A DNA stretch of 64,000 nt, taken from contig OZ024740.1 in the NCBI GenBank assembly GCA_964016885.1, forward strand, positions 34,038,001 to 34,102,000, written 5' to 3'. Numbering within the stretch: the first letter of the stretch is position 1; each line of letters starts with the position of its first letter. Under the pieces are notes generated by a model. The model was not told the DNA's origin and made no database searches. It saw only the letters and a list, made by a program, of their open reading frames with translations. Below, piece by piece: positions 10,800 to 25,800 of the stretch. Made by a program: the position numbers and the translations under genes. The DNA is from Eledone cirrhosa (Eukaryota).

Positions 10800-13700
10800 T
10801 GTTGTTGTTTAACACTAGGCCAGGTGTGATGTAGTTAAGTTATGATAGTTGTTGTTGTTTAACCCTAGGCCAGGTGTGATGTAGTTAAGTTATGATAGTT
10901 GTTGTTGTTTAACCCTAGGCCAGGTGTGATGTAGTTAAGTTATGATAGTTGTTGTTTAACTCTAGGCCAGGTGTGATGGAGTTAAGTTATGATAGTTGTT
11001 GTTTAACCCTAGGCCAGGTGTGATGGAGTTAAGTTATGATAGTTGTTGTTTAACTCTAGGCCAGGTGTGATGGAGTTAAGTTATGATAGTTGTTGTTTAA
11101 CCCTAGGCCAGGTGTGATGGAATTAAATTATGACAGTTGTTGTTTTAGCCTAGGCAACGTGTGATGGAGTTAAGTTATGATAGTTGTTGTTGTTTAACCC
11201 TAGGCCAGGTGTGATGTAGTTAAGTTATGATAGTTGTTGTTTAACTCTAGGCCAGGTGTGATGGAGTTAAGTTATGATAGTTGTTGTTCCTTAACCCTAG
11301 GCCAGGTGTGATGGAGTTAAGTTATGATAGTTGTTTAATCCTAGGCCAGGTGTGATGTAGTTAAGTTATGATAGTTGTTGTTGTTTAACCCTAGGCCAGG
11401 TGTGATGTAGTTAAGTTATGATAGTTGTTGTTTAACCCTAGGCCAGGTGTGATGGAGTTAAGTTATGATAGTTGTTGTTTAACTCTAGGCCAGGTGTGAT
11501 GGAGTTAAGTTATGATAGTTGTTGTTGTTTAACCCTAGGCCAGGTGTGATGGAGTTAAGTTATGATAGTTGTTGTTTAACCCTAGGCCAGGTGTGATGGA
11601 GTTAAGTTATGATAGTTGTTGTTGTTTAACCCTAGGCCAGGTGTGATGTAGTTAAGTTATGATAGTTGTTGTTTAACTCTAGGCCAGGTGTGATGGAGTT
11701 AAGTTATGATAGTTGTTGTTTAACCCTAGGCCAGGTGTGATGGAATTAAATTATGACAGTTGTTGTTTTAGCCTAGGCAACGTGTGATGGAGTTAAGTTA
11801 TGATAGTTGTTGTTGTTTAACCCTAGGCCAGGTGTGATGTAGTTAAGTTATGATAGTTGTTGTTTAACTCTATGCCAGGTGTGATGGAGTTAAGTTATGA
11901 TAGTTGTTGTTCCTTAACCCTAGGCCAGGTGTGATGGAGTTAAGTTATGATAGTTGTTGTTTAATCCTAGGCCAGGTTGATGTAGTTAAGTTATGATAGT
12001 TGTTGTCGTTTAACCCTAGGCCAGGTGTGATGTAGTTAAGTTATGATAGTTGTTGTTTAACCCTAGGCCAGGTGTGATGGAGTTAAGTTATGATAGTTGT
12101 TGTTGTTTAACCCTAGGCCAGGTGTGATGGAGTTAAGTTATGATAGTTGTTGTTTAACCCTAGGCCAGGTGTGATGGAGTTAAGTTATGATAGTTGTTTA
12201 ACTCTAGGCCAGGTGTGATGGAGTTAAGTTATGATAGTTGTTGTTTAACCCTAGGCCAGGTGTGATGTAGTTAAGTTATGATAGTTGTTGTTTAACTCTA
12301 GGCCAGGTGTGATGGAGTTAAGTTATGATAGTTGTTGTTTAACTCTAGGCCAGGTGTGATGGAGTTAAGTTATGATAGTTGTTTAACTCTAGGCCAGGTG
12401 TGATGGAGTTAAGTTATGATAGTTGTTGTTTAACCCTAGGCCAGGTGTGATGTAGTTAAGTTATGATAGTTGTTGTTTAACTCTAGGCCAGGTGTGATGG
12501 AGTTAAGTTATGATAGTTGTTGTTCCTTAACCCTAGGCCAGGTGTGATGGAGTTAAGTTATGATAGTTGTTTAACCCTAGGCCAGGTGTGATGTAGTTAA
12601 GTTATGATAGTTGTTGTTTAACTCTAGGCCAGGTGTGATGGAGTTAAGTTATGATAGTTGTTGTTCCTTAACCCTAGGCCAGGTGTGATGGAGTTAAGTT
12701 ATGATAGTTGTTTAATCCTAGGCCAGGTGTGATGTAGTTAAGTTATGATAGTTGTTGTTGTTTAACCCTAGGCCAGGTGTGATGTAGTTAAGTTATGATA
12801 GTTGTTGTTTAACCCTAGGCCAGGTGTGATGGAGTTAAGTTATGATAGTTGTTGTTGTTTAACACTAGGCCAGGTGTGATGTAGTTAAGTTATGATAGTT
12901 GTTGTTTAACCCTAGGCCAGGTGTGATGGAGTTAAGTTATGATAGTTGTTGTTTAACTCTAGGCCAGGTGTGATGGAGTTAAGTTATGATAGTTGTTGTT
13001 TAACTCTAGGCCAGGTGTGATGGAGTTAAGTTATGATAGTTGTTGTTTAACTCTAGGCCAGGTGTGATGGAGTTAAGTTATGATAGTTGTTGTTTAACCC
13101 TAGGCCAGGTGTGATGGAGTAAAGTTATGATAGTTGTTGTTTAACCCTAGGCCAGGTGTGATGGAATTAAATTATGACAGTTGTTGTTTTAGCCTAGGCA
13201 ACGTGTGATGGAGTTAAGTTATGATAGTTGTTGTTGTTTAACCCTAGGCCAGGTGTGATGTAGTTAAGTTATGATAGTTGTTGTTTAACTCTAGGCCAGG
13301 TGCGATGGAGTTAAGTTATGATAGTTGTTGTTCCTTAACCCTAGGCTAGGTGTGATGGAGTTAAGTTATGATAGTTGTTTAATCCTAGGCCAGGTGTGAT
13401 GTAGTTAAGTTATGATAGTTGTTGTTGTTTAACCCTAGGCCAGGTGTGATGGAGTTAAGTTATGATAGTTGTTGTTTAACTCTAGGCCAGGTGTGATGGA
13501 GTTAAGTTATGATAGTTGTTGTTGTTTAACCCTAGGCCAGGTGTAATGGAGTTAAGTTATGATAGTTGTTGTTTAACTCTAGGCCAGGTGTGATGGAGTT
13601 AAGTTATGATAGTTGTTGTTGTTTAACCCTAGGCCAGGTGTGATGGAGTTAAGTTATGATAGTTGTTGTTTAACCCTAGGCCAGGTGTGATGGAGTTAAG

Positions 13701-16700
13701 TTATGATAGTTGTTGTTTAACCCTAGGCCAGGTGTGATGGAATTAAATTATGACAGTTGTTGTTTTAGCCTAGGCAACGTGTGATGGAGTTAAGTTATGA
13801 TAGTTGTTGTTGTTTAACCCTAGGCCAGGTGTGATGTAGTTAAGTTATGATAGTTGTTGTTTAACTCTATGCCAGGTGTGATGGAGTTAAGTTATGATAG
13901 TTGTTGTTCCTTAACCCTAGGCCAGGTGTGATGGAGTTAAGTTATGATAGTTGTTGTTTAATCCTAGGCCAGGTGTGATGTAGTTAAGTTATGATAGTTG
14001 TTGTTGTTTAACCCTAGGCCAGGTGTGATGTAGTTAAGTTATGATAGTTGTTGTTTAACCCTAGGCCAGGTGTGATGGAGTTAAGTTATGATAGTTGTTG
14101 TTTAACTCTAGGCCAGGTGTGATGGAGTTAAGTTATGATAGTTGTTGTTTAACCCTAGGCCAGGTGTGATGTAGTTAAGTTATGATAGTTGTTGTTTAAC
14201 TCTAGGCCAGGTGTGATGGAGTTAAGTTTTGATAGTTGTTGTTTAACTCTAGGCCAGGTGTGATGGAGTTAAGTTAGGATAGTTGTTGTTTAACCCTAGG
14301 CCAGGAGTGATGGAGTTAAGTTATGATAGTTGTTGTTCCTTAACCCTAGGCCAAGTGTGATGGAGTTAAGTTATGATAGTTGTTGTTCCTTAACCCTAGG
14401 CCAGGTGTGATGGAGTTAAGTTATGATAGTTGTTGTCTAATCCTAGGCCAGGTGTGATGGAGTTAAGTTATGATAGTTGTTGTTTAACTCTAGGCCAGGT
14501 GTGATGGAGTTAAGTTATGATAGCTGTTGTTTAACTCTAGGCCAGGTGTGATGGAGTTAAGTTGTGATAGTTGTTGTTGTTTAACACTAGGCCAGGTGTG
14601 ATGTAGTTAAGTTATGATAGTTGTTGTTGTTTAACCCTAGGCCAGGTGTGATGTAGTTAAGTTATGATAGTTGTTGTTGTTTAACCCTAGGCCAGGTGTG
14701 ATGTAGTTAAGTTATGATAGTTGTTGTTTAACTCTAGGCCAGGTGTGATGGAGTTAAGTTATGATAGTTGTTGTTTAACCCTAGGCCAGGTGTGATGGAG
14801 TTAAGTTATGATAGTTGTTGTTTAACTCTAGGCCAGGTGTGATGGAGTTAAGTTATGATAGTTGTTGTTTAACCCTAGGCCAGGTGTGATGGAATTAAAT
14901 TATGACAGTTGTTGTTTTAGCCTAGGCAACGTGTGATGGAGTTAAGTTATGATAGTTGTTGTTGTTTAACCCTAGGCCAGGTGTGATGTAGTTAAGTTAT
15001 GATAGTTGTTGTTTAACTCTAGGCCAGGTGTGATGGAGTTAAGTTATGATAGTTGTTGTTCCTTAACCCTAGGCCAGGTGTGATGGAGTTAAGTTATGAT
15101 AGTTGTTTAATCCTAGGCCAGGTGTGATGTAGTTAAGTTATGATAGTTGTTGTTGTTTAACCCTAGGCCAGGTGTGATGTAGTTAAGTTATGATAGTTGT
15201 TGTTTAACCCTAGGCCAGGTGTGATGGAGTTAAGTTATGATAGTTGTTGTTTAACTCTAGGCCAGGTGTGATGGAGTTAAGTTATGATAGTTGTTGTTGT
15301 TTAACCCTAGGCCAGGTGTGATGGAGTTAAGTTATGATAGTTGTTGTTTAACCCTAGGCCAGGTGTGATGGAGTTAAGTTATGATAGTTGTTGTTGTTTA
15401 ACCCTAGGCCAGGTGTGATGTAGTTAAGTTATGATAGTTGTTGTTTAACCCTAGGCCAGGTGTGATGGAGTTAAGTTATGATAGTTGTTGTTTAACCCTA
15501 GGCCAGGTGTGATGGAGTTAAGTTATGATAGTTGTTGTTGTTTAACCCTAGGCCAGGTGTGATGGAGTTAAGTTATGATAGTTGTTGTTTAACCCTAGGC
15601 CAGGTGTGATGGAGTTAAGTTATGATAGTTGTTTAACTCTAGGCCAGGTGTGATGGAGTTAAGTTATGATAGTTGTTGTTTAACCCTAGGCCAGGTGTGA
15701 TGTAGTTAAGTTATGATAGTTGTTGTTTAACTCTAGGCCAGGTGTGATGGTGTTAAGTTATGATAGTTGTTGTTTAACTCTAGGCCAGGTGTGATGGAGT
15801 TAAGTTATGATAGTTGTTTAACTCTAGGCCAGGTGTGATGGAGTTAAGTTAGGATAGTTGTTGTTTAACCCTAGGCCAGGTGTGATGTGGTTAAGTTATG
15901 ATAGTTGTTGTTTAACTCTAGGCCAGGTGTGATGGAGTTAAGTTATGATAGTTGTTGTTTAACTCTAGGCCAGGTGTGATGGAGTTAAGTTAGGATAGTT
16001 GTTGTTTAACCCTAGGCCAGGAGTGATGGAGTTAAGTTATGATAGTTGTTGTTTAACCCTAGGCCAGGTGTTATGGAGTTAAGTTATGATAGTTGTTGTT
16101 GTTTAAACCCTAGGCCAGGTGTGATGGAGTTAAGTTATGATAGTTGTTGTTGTTTAACCCTAGGCCAGGTGTGATGGAGTTAAGTTATGATAGTTGTTGT
16201 TTAACCCTAGGCCAGGTGTGATGGAGTTAAGTTATGATAGTTGTTGTTTAACTCTAGGCCAGGTGTGATGGAGTTAAGTTAGGATAGTTGTTGTTTAACC
16301 CTAGGCCAGGTGTGATGGAGTTAAGTTATGATAGTTGTTGTTTAACTCTAGGCCAGGTGTGATGGAGTTAAGTTATGATAGCTGTTGTTTAACTCTAGGC
16401 CAGGTGTGATGGAGTTAAGTTATGATAGTTGTTGTTTAACTCTAGGCCAGGTGTGATGGAGTTAAGTTATGATAGTTGTTGTTTAACTCTAGGCCAGGTG
16501 TGATGGAGTTAAGTTATGATAGTTGTTGTTTAACCCTAGGCCAGGTGTGATGTAGTTAAGTTATGATAGTTGTTGTTTAACTCTAGGCCATATGTGATGG
16601 AGTTAAGTTATGATAGCTGTTGTTTAACTCTAGGCCAGGTGTGATGGAGTTAAGTTATGATAGTTGTTGTTCAACTCTAGGCCAGGTGTGATGGAGTTAA

Positions 16701-16840
16701 GTTAGGATAGTTGTTGTTTAACCCTAGGCCAGGTGTGATGGAGTTAAGTTATGATAGTTGTTGTTTAACTCTAGGCCAGGTGTGATGGAGTTAAGTTATG
16801 ATAGCTGTTGTTTAACTCTAGGCCAGGTGTGATGGAGTTA
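10800..16840 (+). repeat. About 6-kb block duplicated at about 48900-54800 (offset 38,110, then 37,969)
   Basis: Divergent monomer at 11743/49853 and 13164/51133; GTTTAAACCC at 16101/54070; GGCCATATG at 16591/54560. The 141-bp offset change equals 3 monomers. Confidence 0.85.
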
Positions 16841-19800
16841 AGTTGTGATAGTTGTTGTTGTTTAACACTAGGCCAGGTGTGATGTAGTTAAGTTATGATA
16901 GTTGTTGTTGTTTAACCCTAGGCCAGGTGTGATGTAGTTAAGTTATGATAGTTGTTGTTGTTTAACCCTAGGCCAGGTGTGATGTAGTTAAGTTATGATA
17001 GTTGTTGTTTAACTCTAGGCCAGGTGTGATGGAGTTAAGTTATGATAGTTGTTGTTTAACTCTAGGCCAGGTGTGATGGAGTTAAGTTATGATAGTTGTT
17101 GTTTAACCCTAGGCCAGGTGTGATGGAGTTAAATTGTGATAGTTGTTGTTGTTTAACACTAGGCCAGGTGTGATGTAGTTAAGTTATGATAGTTGTTGTT
17201 GTTTAACCCTAGGCCAGGTGTGATGTAGTTAAGTTATGATAGTTGTTGTTGTTTAACCCTAGGCCAGGTGTGATGTAGTTAAGTTATGATAGTTGTTGTT
17301 TAACTCTAGGCCAGGTGTGATGGAGTTAAGTTATGATAGTTGTTGTTTAACCCTAGGCCAGGTGTGATGGAGTTAAGTTATGATAGTTGTTGTTTAACTC
17401 TAGGCCAGGTGTGATGGAGTTAAGTTATGATAGTTGTTGTTTAACCCTAGGCCAGGTGTGATGGAATTAAATTATGACAGTTGTTGTTTTAGCCTAGGCA
17501 ACGTGTGATGGAGTTAAGTTATGATAGTTGTTGTTGTTTAACCCTAGGCCAGGTGTGATGTAGTTAAGTTATGATAGTTGTTGTTTAACTCTAGGCCAGG
17601 TGTGATGGAGTTAAGTTATGATAGTTGTTGTTCCTTAACCCTAGGCCAGGTGTGATGGAGTTAAGTTATGATAGTTGTTTAATCCTAGGCCAGGTGTGAT
17701 GTAGTTAAGTTATGATAGTTGTTGTTGTTTAACCCTAGGCCAGGTGTGATGTAGTTAAGTTATGATAGTTGTTGTTTAACCCTAGGCCAGGTGTGATGGA
17801 GTTAAGTTATGATAGTTGTTGTTTAACTCTAGGCCAGGTGTGATGGAGTTAAGTTATGATAGTTGTTGTTGTTTAACCCTAGGCCAGGTGTGATGGAGTT
17901 AAGTTATGATAGTTGTTGTTTAACCCTAGGCCAGGTGTGATGGAGTTAAGTTATGATAGTTGTTGTTGTTTAACCCTAGGCCAGGTGTGATGTAGTTAAG
18001 TTATGATAGTTGTTGTTTAACTCTAGGCCAGGTGTGATGGAGTTAAGTTATGATAGTTGTTGTTTAACCCTAGGCCAGGTGTGATGGAATTAAATTATGA
18101 CAGTTGTTGTTTTAGCCTAGGCAACGTGTGATGGAGTTAAGTTATGATAGTTGTTGTTGTTTAACCCTAGGCCAGGTGTGATGTAGTTAAGTTATGATAG
18201 TTGTTGTTTAACTCTATGCCAGGTGTGATGGAGTTAAGTTATGATAGTTGTTGTTCCTTAACCCTAGGCCAGGTGTGATGGAGTTAAGTTATGATAGTTG
18301 TTGTTTAATCCTAGGCCAGGTGTGATGTAGTTAAGTTATGATAGTTGTTGTTGTTTAACCCTAGGCCAGGTGTGATGTAGTTAAGTTATGATAGTTGTTG
18401 TTTAACCCTAGGCCAGGTGTGATGGAGTTAAGTTATGATAGTTGTTGTTTAACTCTAGGCCAGGTGTGATGGAGTTAAGTTATGATAGTTGTTGTTTAAC
18501 CCTAGGCCAGGTGTGATGTAGTTAAGTTATGATAGTTGTTGTTTAACTCTAGGCCAGGTGTGATGGAGTTAAGTTATGATAGTTGTTGTTTAACTCTAGG
18601 CCAGGTGTGATGGAGTTAAGTTAGGATAGTTGTTGTTTAACCCTAGGCCAGGAGTGATGGAGTTAAGTTATGATAGTTGTTGTTCCTTAACCCTAGGCCA
18701 AGTGTGATGGAGTTAAGTTATGATAGTTGTTGTTCCTTAACCCTAGGCCAGGTGTGATGGAGTTAAGTTATGATAGTTGTTGTCTAATCCTAGGCCAGGT
18801 GTGATGGAGTTAAGTTATGATAGTTGTTGTTTAACTCTAGGCCAGGTGTGATGGAGTTAAGTTATGATAGTTGTTGTTTAATCCTAGGCCAGGTGTGATG
18901 GTGTTAAGTTATGATAGTTGTTGTTTAACTCTAGGCCAGGTGTGATGGAGTTAAGTTATGATAGTTGTTGTTTAACCCTAGGCCAGGTGTGATGGAGTTA
19001 AGTTATGATAGTTGTTGTTGTTTAACCCTAGGCCAGGTGTGATGGAGTTAAGTTATGATAGTTGTTGTTTAACTCTAGGCCAGGTGTGATGGAGTTAAGT
19101 TGTGATAGTTGTTGTTGTTTAACACTAGGCCAGGTGTGATGTAGTTAAGTTATGATAGTTGTTGTTGTTTAACCCTAGGCCAGGTGTGATGTAGTTAAGT
19201 TATGATAGTTGTTGTTGTTTAACCCTAGGCCAGGTGTGATGTAGTTAAGTTATGATAGTTGTTGTTTAACTCTAGGCCAGGTGTGATGGAGTTAAGTTAT
19301 GATAGTTGTTGTTTAACCCTAGGCCAGGTGTGATGGAGTTAAGTTATGATAGTTGTTGTTTAACTCTAGGCCAGGTGTGATGGAGTTAAGTTATGATAGT
19401 TGTTGTTTAACCCTAGGCCAGGTGTGATGGAATTAAATTATGACAGTTGTTGTTTTAGCCTAGGCAACGTGTGATGGAGTTAAGTTATGATAGTTGTTGT
19501 TGTTTAACCCTAGGCCAGGTGTGATGTAGTTAAGTTATGATAGTTGTTGTTTAACTCTAGGCCAGGTGTGATGGAGTTAAGTTATGATAGTTGTTGTTCC
19601 TTAACCCTAGGCCAGGTGTGATGGAGTTAAGTTATGATAGTTGTTTAATCCTAGGCCAGGTGTGATGTAGTTAAGTTATGATAGTTGTTGTTGTTTAACC
19701 CTAGGCCAGGTGTGATGTAGTTAAGTTATGATAGTTGTTGTTGTTTAACCCTAGGCCAGGTGTGATGTAGTTAAGTTATGATAGTTGTTGTTTAACCCTA

Positions 19801-22800
19801 GGCCAGGTGTGATGGAGTTAAGTTATGATAGTTGTTGTTTAACTCTAGGCCAGGTGTGATGGAGTTAAGTTATGATAGTTGTTGTTTAACTCTAGGCCAG
19901 GTGTGATGGAATTAAATTATGACAGTTGTTGTTTTAGCCTAGGCAACGTGTGATGGAGTTAAGTTATGATAGTTGTTGTTGTTTAACCCTAGGCCAGGTG
20001 TGATGTAGTTAAGTTATGATAGTTGTTGTTTAACTCTAGGCCAGGTGCGATGGAGTTAAGTTATGATAGTTGTTGTTCCTTAACCCTAGGCCAGGTGTGA
20101 TGGAGTTAAGTTATGATAGTTGTTTAATCCTAGGCCAGGTGTGATGTAGTTAAGTTATGATAGTTGTTGTTGTTTAACCCTAGGCCAGGTGTGATGGAGT
20201 TAAGTTATGATAGTTGTTGTTTAACTCTAGGCCAGGTGTGATGGAGTTAAGTTATGATAGTTGTTGTTGTTTAACCCTAGGCCAGGTGTGATGGAGTTAA
20301 GTTATGATAGTTGTTGTTTAACTCTAGGCCAGGTGTGATGGAGTTAAGTTATGATAGTTGTTGTTGTTTAACCCTAGGCCAGGTGTGATGGAGTTAAGTT
20401 ATGATAGTTGTTGTTTAACCCTAGGCCAGGTGTGATGGAGTTAAGTTATGATAGTTGTTGTTTAACCCTAGGCCAGGTGTGATGGAATTAAATTATGACA
20501 GTTGTTGTTTTAGCCTAGGCCAGGTGTGATGGAGTTAAGTTATGATAGTTGTTGTTTAACCCTAGGCCAGGTGTGATGTAGTTAAGTTATGATAGTTGTT
20601 GTTTAACCCTAGGCCAGGTGTGATGGAATTAAGTTATGATAGTTGTTGTTTAACCCTAGGCCAGGTGTGATGGAGTTAAGTTATGATAGTTGTTGTTTAA
20701 TCCTAGGCCAGGTGTGATGGAGTTAAGTTATGATAGTTGTTGTTTAATCCTAGGCCAGGTGTGATGTAGTTAAGTTATGATAGTTGTTGTTTAACTCTAT
20801 GCCAGGTGTGATGGAGTTAAGTTATGATAGTTGTTGTTCCTTAACCCTAGGCCAGGTGTGATGGAGTTAAGTTATGATAGTTGTTGTTTAATCCTAGGCC
20901 AGGTGTGATGTAGTTAAGTTATGATAGTTGTTGTTGTTTAACCCTAGGCCAGGTGTGATGTAGTTAAGTTATGATAGTTGTTGTTTAACTCTAGGCCAGG
21001 TGTGATGGAGTTAAGTTATGATAGTTGTTGTTTAACCCTAGGCCAGGTGTGATGTAGTTAAGTTATGATAGTTGTTGTTTAACTCTAGGCCAGGTGTGAT
21101 GGAGTTAAGTTATGATAGTTGTTGTTTAACTCTAGGCCAGGTGTGATGGAGTTAAGTTAGGATAGTTGTTGTTTAACCCTAGGCCAGGAGTGATGGAGTT
21201 AAGTTATGATAGTTGTTGTTCCTTAACCCTAGGCCAAGTGTGATGGAGTTAAGTTATGATAGTTGTTGTTCCTTAACCCTAGGCCAGGTGTGATGGAGTT
21301 AAGTTATGATAGTTGTTGTTTAATCCTAGGCCAGGTGTGATGGAGTTAAGTTATGATAGTTGTTGTTTAACTCTAGGCCAGGTGTGATGGAGTTAAGTTA
21401 TGATAGCTGTTGTTTAACTCTAGGCCAGGTGTGATGGAGTTAAGTTGTGATAGTTGTTGTTGTTTAACACTAGGCCAGGTGTGATGTAGTTAAGTTATGA
21501 TAGTTGTTGTTGTTTAACCCTAGGCCAGGTGTGATGTAGTTAAGTTATGATAGTTGTTGTTTAACCCTAGGTCAGGTGTGATGGAGTTAAGTTATGATAG
21601 TTGTTGTTTAACCCTAGGCCAGGTGTGATGGAGTAAAGTTATGATAGTTGTTGTTTAACCCTAGGCCAGGTGTGATGGAGTTAAGTTATGATAGTTGTTG
21701 TTTAATCCTAGGCCAGGTGTGATGGAGTTAAGTTATGATAGTTGTTGTTTAACCCTAGGCCAAGTGTGATGGAGTTAAGTTATGATAGTTGTTGTTGTTT
21801 AACCCTAGGCCAGGTGTGATGTAGTTAAGTTATGATAGTTGTTGTTGTTTAACCCTAGGCCAGGTGTGATGGAGTTAAGTTATGATAGTTGTTTAACCCT
21901 AGGCTAGGTGTGATGGAGTTAAGTTATGATAGTTGTTGTTTAACTCTAGGCTAGGTGTGATGTAGTTAAGTTATGCTAGTTGTTGTTTAACCCTAGGCCA
22001 GGTATGATGGAGTTAAGTTATGATAGTTGTTGTTTAACCCTAGGCCCGGTGTGATGGAGTTAAGATATGATAGTTGTTGTTCCTTAACCCTAGGCCAAGT
22101 GTGATGGAGTTAAGTTATGATAGTTGTTGTTTAATCCTAGGCCAGGTGTGATGGAGTTAAGTTATGATAGTTGTTGTTCCTTAACCCTAGGCCAAGTGTG
22201 ATGGAGTTAAGTTATGATAGTTGTTGTTCCTTAACCCTAGGCCAGGTGTGATGGAGTTAAGTTATGATAGTTGTTGTTTAATCCTAGGCCAGGTGTGATG
22301 GAGTTAAGTTATGATAGTTGTTGTTTAACTCTAGGCCAGGTGTGATGGAGTTAAGTTATGATAGTTGTTGTTGTTTAACACTAGGCCAGGTGTGATGTAG
22401 TTAAGTTATGATAGTTGTTGTTGTTTAACCCTAGGCCAGGTGTGATGTAGTTAAGTTATGATAGTTGTTGTTGTTTAACCCTAGGCCAGGTGTGATGTAG
22501 TTAAGTTATGATAGTTGTTGTTTAACCCTAGGCCAGGTGTGATGGAGTTAAGTTATGATAGTTGTTGTTTAACTCTAGGCCAGGTGTGATGGAGTTAAGT
22601 TATGATAGTTGTTGTTTAACTCTAGGCCAGGTGTGATGGAATTAAATTATGACAGTTGTTGTTTTAGCCTAGGCAACGTGTGATGGAGTTAAGTTATGAT
22701 AGTTGTTGTTGTTTAACCCTAGGCCAGGTGTGATGTAGTTAAGTTATGATAGTTGTTGTTTAACTCTAGGCCAGGTGCGATGGAGTTAAGTTATGATAGT

Positions 22801-25800
22801 TGTTGTTCCTTAACCCTAGGCCAGGTGTGATGGAGTTAAGTTATGATAGTTGTTTAATCCTAGGCCAGGTGTGATGTAGTTAAGTTATGATAGTTGTTGT
22901 TGTTTAACCCTAGGCCAGGTGTGATGGAGTTAAGTTATGATAGTTGTTGTTTAACTCTAGGCCAGGTGTGATGGAGTTAAGTTATGATAGTTGTTGTTGT
23001 TTAACCCTAGGCCAGGTGTGATGGAGTTAAGTTATGATAGTTGTTGTTTAACTCTAGGCCAGGTGTGATGGAGTTAAGTTATGATAGTTGTTGTTGTTTA
23101 ACCCTAGGCCAGGTGTGATGGAGTTAAGTTATGATAGTTGTTGTTTAACCCTAGGCCAGGTGTGATGGAGTTAAGTTATGATAGTTGTTGTTTAACCCTA
23201 GGCCAGGTGTGATGGAATTAAATTATGACAGTTGTTGTTTTAGCCTAGGCCAGGTGTGATGGAGTTAAGTTATGATAGTTGTTGTTTAACCCTAGGCCAG
23301 GTGTGATGTAGTTAAGTTATGATAGTTGTTGTTTAACCCTAGGCCAGGTGTGATGGAATTAAGTTATGATAGTTGTTGTTTAACTCTAGGCCAGGTGTGA
23401 TGGAGTTAAGTTATGATAGTTGTTGTTTAATCCTAGGCCAGGTGTGATGGAGTTAAGTTATGATAGTTGTTGTTTAATCCTAGGCCAGGTGTGATGTAGT
23501 TAAGTTATGATAGTTGTTGTTTAACTCTATGCCAGGTGTGATGGAGTTAAGTTATGATAGTTGTTGTTCCTTAACCCTAGGCCAGGTGTGATGGAGTTAA
23601 GTTATGATAGTTGTTGTTTAATCCTAGGCCAGGTGTGATGTAGTTAAGTTATGATAGTTGTTGTTGTTTAACCCTAGGCCAGGTGTGATGTAGTTAAGTT
23701 ATGATAGTTGTTGTTTAACTCTAGGCCAGGTGTGATGGAGTTAAGTTATGATAGTTGTTGTTTAACCCTAGGCCAGGTGTGATGTAGTTAAGTTATGATA
23801 GTTGTTGTTTAACTCTAGGCCAGGTGTGATGGAGTTAAGTTATGATAGTTGTTGTTTAACTCTAGGCCAGGTGTGATGGAGTTAAGTTAGGATAGTTGTT
23901 GTTTAACCCTAGGCCAGGAGTGATGGAGTTAAGTTATGATAGTTGTTGTTCCTTAACCCTAGGCCAAGTGTGATGGAGTTAAGTTATGATAGTTGTTGTT
24001 CCTTAACCCTAGGCCAGGTGTGATGGAGTTAAGTTATGATAGTTGTTGTTTAATCCTAGGCCAGGTGTGATGGAGTTAAGTTATGATAGTTGTTGTTTAA
24101 CTCTAGGCCAGGTGTGATGGAGTTAAGTTATGATAGCTGTTGTTTAACTCTAGGCCAGGTGTGATGGAGTTAAGTTGTGATAGTTGTTGTTGTTTAACAC
24201 TAGGCCAGGTGTGATGTAGTTAAGTTATGATAGTTGTTGTTGTTTAACCCTAGGCCAGGTGTGATGTAGTTAAGTTATGATAGTTGTTGTTGTTTAACCC
24301 TAGGCCAGGTGTGATGTAGTTAAGTTATGATAGTTGTTGTTTAACTCTAGGCCAGGTGTGATGGAGTTAAGTTATGATAGTTGTTGTTTAACCCTAGGCC
24401 AGGTGTGATGGAGTTAAGTTATGATAGTTGTTGTTTAACTCTAGGCCAGGTGTGATGGAGTTAAGTTATGATAGTTGTTGTTTAACCCTAGGCCAGGTGT
24501 GATGGAGTTAAATTGTGATAGTTGTTGTTGTTTAACACTAGGCCAGGTGTGATGTAGTTAAGTTATGATAGTTGTTGTTGTTTAACCCTAGGCCAGGTGT
24601 GATGTAGTTAAGTTATGATAGTTGTTGTTGTTTAACCCTAGGCCAGGTGTGATGTAGTTAAGTTATGATAGTTGTTGTTTAACTCTAGGCCAGGTGTGAT
24701 GGAGTTAAGTTATGATAGTTGTTGTTTAACCCTAGGCCAGGTGTGATGGAGTTAAGTTATGATAGTTGTTGTTTAACTCTAGGCCAGGTGTGATGGAGTT
24801 AAGTTATGATAGTTGTTGTTTAACCCTAGGCCAGGTGTGATGGAATTAAATTATGACAGTTGTTGTTTTAGCCTAGGCAACGTGTGATGGAGTTAAGTTA
24901 TGATAGTTGTTGTTGTTTAACCCTAGGCCAGGTGTGATGTAGTTAAGTTATGATAGTTGTTGTTTAACTCTAGGCCAGGTGTGATGGAGTTAAGTTATGA
25001 TAGTTGTTGTTCCTTAACCCTAGGCCAGGTGTGATGGAGTTAAGTTATGATAGTTGTTTAATCCTAGGCCAGGTGTGATGTAGTTAAGTTATGATAGTTG
25101 TTGTTGTTTAACCCTAGGCCAGGTGTGATGTAGTTAAGTTATGATAGTTGTTGTTTAACCCTAGGCCAGGTGTGATGGAGTTAAGTTATGATAGTTGTTG
25201 TTTAACTCTAGGCCAGGTGTGATGGAGTTAAGTTATGATAGTTGTTGTTGTTTAACCCTAGGCCAGGTGTGATGGAGTTAAGTTATGATAGTTGTTGTTT
25301 AACCCTAGGCCAGGTGTGATGGAGTTAAGTTATGATAGTTGTTGTTGTTTAACCCTAGGCCAGGTGTGATGTAGTTAAGTTATGATAGTTGTTGTTTAAC
25401 TCTAGGCCAGGTGTGATGGAGTTAAGTTATGATAGTTGTTGTTTAACCCTAGGCCAGGTGTGATGGAATTAAATTATGACAGTTGTTGTTTTAGCCTAGG
25501 CAACGTGTGATGGAGTTAAGTTATGATAGTTGTTGTTGTTTAACCCTAGGCCAGGTGTGATGTAGTTAAGTTATGATAGTTGTTGTTTAACTCTATACCA
25601 GGTGTGATGGAGTTAAGTTATGATAGTTGTTGTTCCTTAACCCTAGGCCAGGTGTGATGGAGTTAAGTTATGATAGTTGTTGTTTAATCCTAGGCCAGGT
25701 TGATGTAGTTAAGTTATGATAGTTGTTGTCGTTTAACCCTAGGCCAGGTGTGATGTAGTTAAGTTATGATAGTTGTTGTTTAACCCTAGGCCAGGTGTGA

